Shown here piece by piece: positions 59,809-64,000 of a stretch of 64,000 nt of DNA (the first letter of the stretch is position 1; every line of letters starts with the position of its first letter). The position numbers were made by a program, and so were the translations under genes. The notes below the pieces were generated by a model that made no database searches, had not been told where the DNA came from, and worked only from the letters and a program-made list of their open reading frames with translations. Source of the stretch: a virus; the IMG/VR virus record IMGVR_UViG_3300044632_001319. One strand, given 5' to 3'.

Positions 59809-60441
59809 ATGAATTTTAACCGTGATCATGGAACAGCGATTCCAAAAAATGATTTCAATCAAAATATTGATTGTGAAAGCATAAAGAATGTTAATACTAG
59901 AATTTTGGGTGGCGGTGCTTCTCAAAATTTTGTTGCATTTAAACTTCTAGAAAACTACATTGCATATGAAAAACCAGAATATGTAGTTGAAATTGGTTCA
60001 CAAAAAGGTGGTCTATCCGTATATCTTGGAACTATTGCATGTGTAGCTGAACAATTTTTATTTCACACATTTGATATCACCAAATCAGATTGGAATAATA
60101 GAGCTCATGAAGGTGCTGGACATTGGTTTGAAAAAATGGAATCAATCTGTCCATTTTGTAAATCATTCGAATCTGATATATTCTCAGAATATTCTTATAA
60201 TTTGATCTTTGAGAATATTAAAAAATATAAAACTTTAATTATATGTGATGGGGGAAATAAAGCTAAAGAAGTTTATATGTATTCTTCTTTACTTAAGAGT
60301 GGTGATATGATTATGGCGCATGATTTTGGACATGAAATTTTTGACCAAAATATCAATTATAACATATTACAACCACATGAACCATTTAATCAAAGATTTA
60401 TTGATAATAAGACTTTATTTAAAACATTTGTGAGAATATAA
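59809..60441 (+). CDS. Class I SAM methyltransferase-like protein (CmcI/Methyltransf_24-like)
   Basis: VEIGS.KGG, TFDI, ICDGG, LKSGD...AHD. Confidence 0.7.
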   Translation: MNFNRDHGTAIPKNDFNQNIDCESIKNVNTRILGGGASQNFVAFKLLENYIAYEKPEYVVEIGSQKGGLSVYLGTIACVAEQFLFHTFDITKSDWNNRAHEGAGHWFEKMESICPFCKSFESDIFSEYSYNLIFENIKKYKTLIICDGGNKAKEVYMYSSLLKSGDMIMAHDFGHEIFDQNINYNILQPHEPFNQRFIDNKTLFKTFVRI

Positions 60442-61028
60442 TGAATATTGATTTTGAACTAAAAACCCATTGGTTGTGGGAACATATTTGGGGAAATACA
60501 AATCGACCAGATTGGAAAATGCCAAACATATTTTGTCATATTTTATTTAAATATGCTAATGATATTGGAAGATTGTCTAACATAAATCATGCAATTGAAA
60601 CTGGAACTTATGAGGGAAATAGTTCTATTTGTTTTTCTTATTTATTCGAAACGGTTGACACCATAGAAAAATATCCAGATCATAATCCGTATAAACACAA
60701 ATCATTAATTTCCATTCACAATGATATTAAAAATACAAATCCAAATATTAATTTTCATTATGGAAATAGTCCAGATCATATGAGAGAAATTTTTATTAAA
60801 AATCCAGATACTGATTATTTTATCCTATTAGATGCTCATACTGGCAGGGAATCTCCTGTCATGGAAGAGTTAAAATGTATAAAGGATTATAGTAATAGTA
60901 ATAATCATGTAATAATGATTGATGATTGTAATACAATTTCTGTAGATTATGATAAAGTTCTTGAAATAAATCCAAAATACAATATCATACATACTGGTAT
61001 TGGAAGTGACATAGTTTTAATTTATTGA
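60441..61028 (+). CDS. SAM methyltransferase-like protein
   Basis: IETGTY.G, TIE, GNS, LDAH, P...EL..I, IMIDD. Confidence 0.7.
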   Translation: MNIDFELKTHWLWEHIWGNTNRPDWKMPNIFCHILFKYANDIGRLSNINHAIETGTYEGNSSICFSYLFETVDTIEKYPDHNPYKHKSLISIHNDIKNTNPNINFHYGNSPDHMREIFIKNPDTDYFILLDAHTGRESPVMEELKCIKDYSNSNNHVIMIDDCNTISVDYDKVLEINPKYNIIHTGIGSDIVLIY

Positions 61029-61038
61029 GGCAAATATT

Positions 61039-62058
61039 ATGAAAAAGATTCTTGTACTTGGCGGTGGTGGTTTTATCGGTTCTCATCTTGTAAAACGATT
61101 CAAGAGAGAAGGTCATTGGGTAAGAGTTGTTGATCTTAAATATCCAGAATTTTCAAAATCTCCAGCAGATGATTTTATCATAGGAGATTTGAGACTACAA
61201 CAAATTTGTGATAAGGCATTTGATATTCAGTTTGATGAAGTTTATCAACTAGCAGCAGATATGGGTGGTGCTGGTTATATTTTCACAGGAGAGCACGATG
61301 CTGATATCATGCATAATTCTGCTCTTATTAATTTAAATGTCGTAGAGCGATGCCATAAGACTAAAGTGGGAAAGGTTTTCTACTCGTCTTCGGCATGTAT
61401 GTATCCAGCATACAATCAAGAAGATCCTGACAACCCCAAATGCTCGGAGGAGTCTGCATATCCAGCAGCACCAGATAGCGAGTATGGTTGGGAAAAACTA
61501 TTCAGCGAAAGACTATATCTCGCATATGCTCGCAATCACGGAATGAGGGTTAGAATTGCTCGTTATCACAACATCTTTGGACCAGAAGGAACATGGCAGG
61601 GTGGAAAAGAAAAAGCACCAGCAGCAATGTGTAGAAAGGTAGCAGAAGCAAATAATAGTTCAATGATTGAGGTATGGGGAGATGGACAACAAACACGATC
61701 ATTCTTATACATCGATGACTGTATTGATGCTACAATTCGACTTATGAATTCAGATTGTACAGTTCCAGTTAATATTGGTTCTGAGGAAATGATCAAGATT
61801 AATGATCTGGCAGAAATGGCAATTGAAATATCTGGAAAAAATATTGATATTAAAAATGTAAAGGGACCAGTTGGGGTTCGTGGAAGAAATTCAGATAATA
61901 AATTATTTAATAGAATGGTTGGATCTCCAAATTATCGTTCACTTCGTGTTGGTATGGAAACAACCTATGATTGGATAGAAACACAAGTTTTAAATCGAAA
62001 TAAAAAAGAATATTGTAGTTCTGCTCAAATGGATGTAGAAGACCGTTTTCGTAGATGA
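61039..62058 (+). CDS. GDP-mannose 3,5-epimerase-like SDR
   Basis: GGGGFIG, QLAADMGGAGYI, YSSSACMYP, YGWEK, RYHNIFGP.GTW.GGKEKAPAA.CRK, VWGDG.QTRSF, GP.GVRGRNS. Confidence 0.88.
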   Translation: MKKILVLGGGGFIGSHLVKRFKREGHWVRVVDLKYPEFSKSPADDFIIGDLRLQQICDKAFDIQFDEVYQLAADMGGAGYIFTGEHDADIMHNSALINLNVVERCHKTKVGKVFYSSSACMYPAYNQEDPDNPKCSEESAYPAAPDSEYGWEKLFSERLYLAYARNHGMRVRIARYHNIFGPEGTWQGGKEKAPAAMCRKVAEANNSSMIEVWGDGQQTRSFLYIDDCIDATIRLMNSDCTVPVNIGSEEMIKINDLAEMAIEISGKNIDIKNVKGPVGVRGRNSDNKLFNRMVGSPNYRSLRVGMETTYDWIETQVLNRNKKEYCSSAQMDVEDRFRR

Positions 62059-62228
62059 AAAAGAATAATAAAATTTACTACTTGATTGGATATCTTGACG
62101 GGTATCCAATTATTTCTATACCAACCTATAAGAAACAATTCAATAGAAATAAATTAATAAAAAATTATTCTCTAGATAAAAATGTTAAATTTAAAATACA
62201 AACTAAAGATGTTTTTATTGGTTGGTAA
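62055..62228 (+). CDS. Small basic hypothetical protein (57 aa)
   Basis: Hand-translated MKKNNKIYYLIGYLDGYPIISIPTYKK...FIGW*; ATGA overlap with the epimerase stop. Confidence 0.45.
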   Translation: MKKNNKIYYLIGYLDGYPIISIPTYKKQFNRNKLIKNYSLDKNVKFKIQTKDVFIGW

Positions 62229-62246
62229 ACTTATAAGGACTATAAT

Positions 62247-62852
62247 ATGACTTGGAAAAATTCACAAGGCGGATACTCACAATATGGAGAAGATTTAATC
62301 TTAAAAGAAATATTATCAGAAAATGGATATTTTTTAGAAATAGGTTCTTTTTGTCCATTTATATTTTCAAATACAAGATTTTTAGTGGATCGTGGATGGG
62401 GTGGATGCTATGTAGATGGATGTTCATTTGCTATTGGACGTTTTATTCAAGAATATAAAGATAATGACAAAATTAAAATTGTACAGGCACTCATAGGAGA
62501 TGCTGACAGATTTATCAAATTTTATAATAGTATTACTGATGCAATTTCGTCTACAGATATAAATCATGCTGATAAATGGAAAAAAAGTGGTTCTCAATTC
62601 AGAGAAGTCTATACTGTTATGATTAGTATGAATACATTACAAACTATTTTACCACCTGTTATTGATTTTATCAACATTGATGTTGAAGGACAAAGTGCTT
62701 ATCTTTCTACATTGATAAATTATGATCAATTACAAACTAAAGTTGTTTGTATAGAACATGATAATTCAATTGATATGATTAATTCTTATATGAGTAAATT
62801 TAATTTTACAGTTCATTATACAAATGCTACAAATATAATCTATAAGAGATAA
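62247..62852 (+). CDS. FkbM-family methyltransferase
   Basis: YSQYGED, FLEIG, SNT, GW.G, FINIDVEG, CIEH. Confidence 0.85.
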   Translation: MTWKNSQGGYSQYGEDLILKEILSENGYFLEIGSFCPFIFSNTRFLVDRGWGGCYVDGCSFAIGRFIQEYKDNDKIKIVQALIGDADRFIKFYNSITDAISSTDINHADKWKKSGSQFREVYTVMISMNTLQTILPPVIDFINIDVEGQSAYLSTLINYDQLQTKVVCIEHDNSIDMINSYMSKFNFTVHYTNATNIIYKR

Positions 62853-62896
62853 AACTATTTTATAAATTAACCTAAATACAATAAAGGATTTATACA

Positions 62897-64000
62897 ATGA
62901 AACCAAAACTAACACTCTGCATGATCGTCAAGAATGAATCTCATATTATTCATGAGTGTCTTGAATCTATTTACAAGTATATTGATTATTGGGTAGTATC
63001 AGATACTGGTTCTACAGACGGAACACAAGACATCATAAGAAAGTTTTTTGAGTCAAAGGGAATTCCTGGCGAAATTCACCAAGACGAATGGAAAAACTTT
63101 GGACATAATCGCACGTTAGCATTAAATCATTGCCAAGGCAAAGCAGAATATGCGTGGATGATCGACGCAGATGATAAGGTAGAAGGAAATTTTAAGTTTC
63201 CAGAAAATCCAGATGGTGATGCATATGTTGTAAGAATGGGAAGAGAAGACTTTTCTTGGTGGAGAACCCAGATATTCAAGGTAGATTCTAAGTGGGAATA
63301 TCGTGGTGTTCTTCATGAATATCCATCATGCACGACAAACGATAAACCAGTATTGGTTAAAATCGAAGGAAAGTACAACATCAATGCGAGAACGCTTGGT
63401 GCAAGAAATGTTGGTATTACTGTCATTGAGAAGTACAAGAAAGATGCTGAACTCCTAGAGAAAGCATTGATTGATGAACCTACAAATACCAGATATCAGT
63501 TTTATCTTGCACAATCGTATTTTGATTCTCAGCAATGGGAAAAGGCAATTGAAGCATATATGAGAAGAGCACAATCTGGTGGATGGCCTGAGGAAGTTTA
63601 TTATTCATTGTATAGAATTGCAATTTGCCGTGCAATGTTAGATAGACCATGGTCGGAGATTCAAGCATCGTTTCTTGATGCATACAACTATCGACCAATT
63701 CGTGCAGAACCACTAATTCATATCGCACAAGCACTGAGAACAAAATTTGATCAACCAGCAGCAGCATTTGTTTTTGCTAGAATCGCAGCAGAAATACCAT
63801 TCCCAACAACTGAGATCTTGTTTGTTCCTGATCTGTTATATCGATTTACTGCTCTTGATGAATTGGGTGCTGTTGCTCATGCTGCTGGAAGACCAGAACT
63901 TGGATATCTTGCATGTAAAAAACTGCTAGAAGATGGTCGTGTTCCAGAGGAACACCTGACAAGAGTTCAAAATAATTACAAACATTACCAAACAATCATG
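62897..64000 (+). CDS. GT2 glycosyltransferase with TPR repeats, runs off the window end
   Basis: Hand-translated MKPKLTLCMIVKNESHII.ECLES...DTGSTDGT...NFGHNR...IDADD...GVLHE...RYQFYLAQSY. Preceded by CCTAAATA (62871) and AAGGA. Confidence 0.88.
   Translation, partial: MKPKLTLCMIVKNESHIIHECLESIYKYIDYWVVSDTGSTDGTQDIIRKFFESKGIPGEIHQDEWKNFGHNRTLALNHCQGKAEYAWMIDADDKVEGNFKFPENPDGDAYVVRMGREDFSWWRTQIFKVDSKWEYRGVLHEYPSCTTNDKPVLVKIEGKYNINARTLGARNVGITVIEKYKKDAELLEKALIDEPTNTRYQFYLAQSYFDSQQWEKAIEAYMRRAQSGGWPEEVYYSLYRIAICRAMLDRPWSEIQASFLDAYNYRPIRAEPLIHIAQALRTKFDQPAAAFVFARIAAEIPFPTTEILFVPDLLYRFTALDELGAVAHAAGRPELGYLACKKLLEDGRVPEEHLTRVQNNYKHYQTIM

Noticed and set aside
1-64000. Stop-codon reassignment
   Set aside because: Core genes are full length and tile without gaps in the standard code.
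51412-64000. DNA hypermodification cluster
   Set aside because: No hydroxymethylase, thymidylate-synthase-like or T4 alpha/beta-glucosyltransferase genes are seen. The enzymes are surface-glycan types, and the restriction-site avoidance argues against blanket DNA protection. Host-surface modification remains a possible alternative.
1-64000. tRNA genes or CRISPR arrays
   Set aside because: Intergenic gaps are short, with no cloverleaf or regularly spaced repeats; the repeats found are all coding.

Overview
This window is a gene-dense segment of a T4-like myovirus genome, almost all on the + strand, in the standard genetic code and with no tRNA, CRISPR or mobile element visible. It has five parts. 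(1) A baseplate module: gp54-like and gp4 on the - strand, then gp48, gp53, a giant hub-like protein, gp25, gp6, gp7-like and gp8. (2) About 16 kb of non-T4 fibre/appendage genes, four of which combine cysteine-rich 'G[AS]CC' repeats with collagen-like Gly-X-Thr stalks and/or DUF1566/C-type-lectin-like heads. (3) The canonical neck, terminase, tail and head genes (gp13-gp23, gp3). (4) Recombination/replication genes (uvsY, uvsW, gp55, gp47, gp46, gp45, gp44, gp62, regA). (5) A glycan-biosynthesis island of more than 12 kb (glycosyltransferases, methyltransferases, GDP-mannose 3,5-epimerase, GT2-TPR) that runs off the window end. The best candidate for an undescribed system is phage-encoded virion glycosylation: a late-promoter-linked glyco island, a G-x-[S/T/C] motif strewn through the virion proteins, and Cys-rich collagen/lectin fibres. 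Other signals are strong RGCY/GGCC avoidance, a T4-style hairpin that hides the gp13 ribosome-binding site around a late promoter, and a consensus antisense sigma70 promoter next to gp55. All calls come from motif recognition by eye; no database searches were run.
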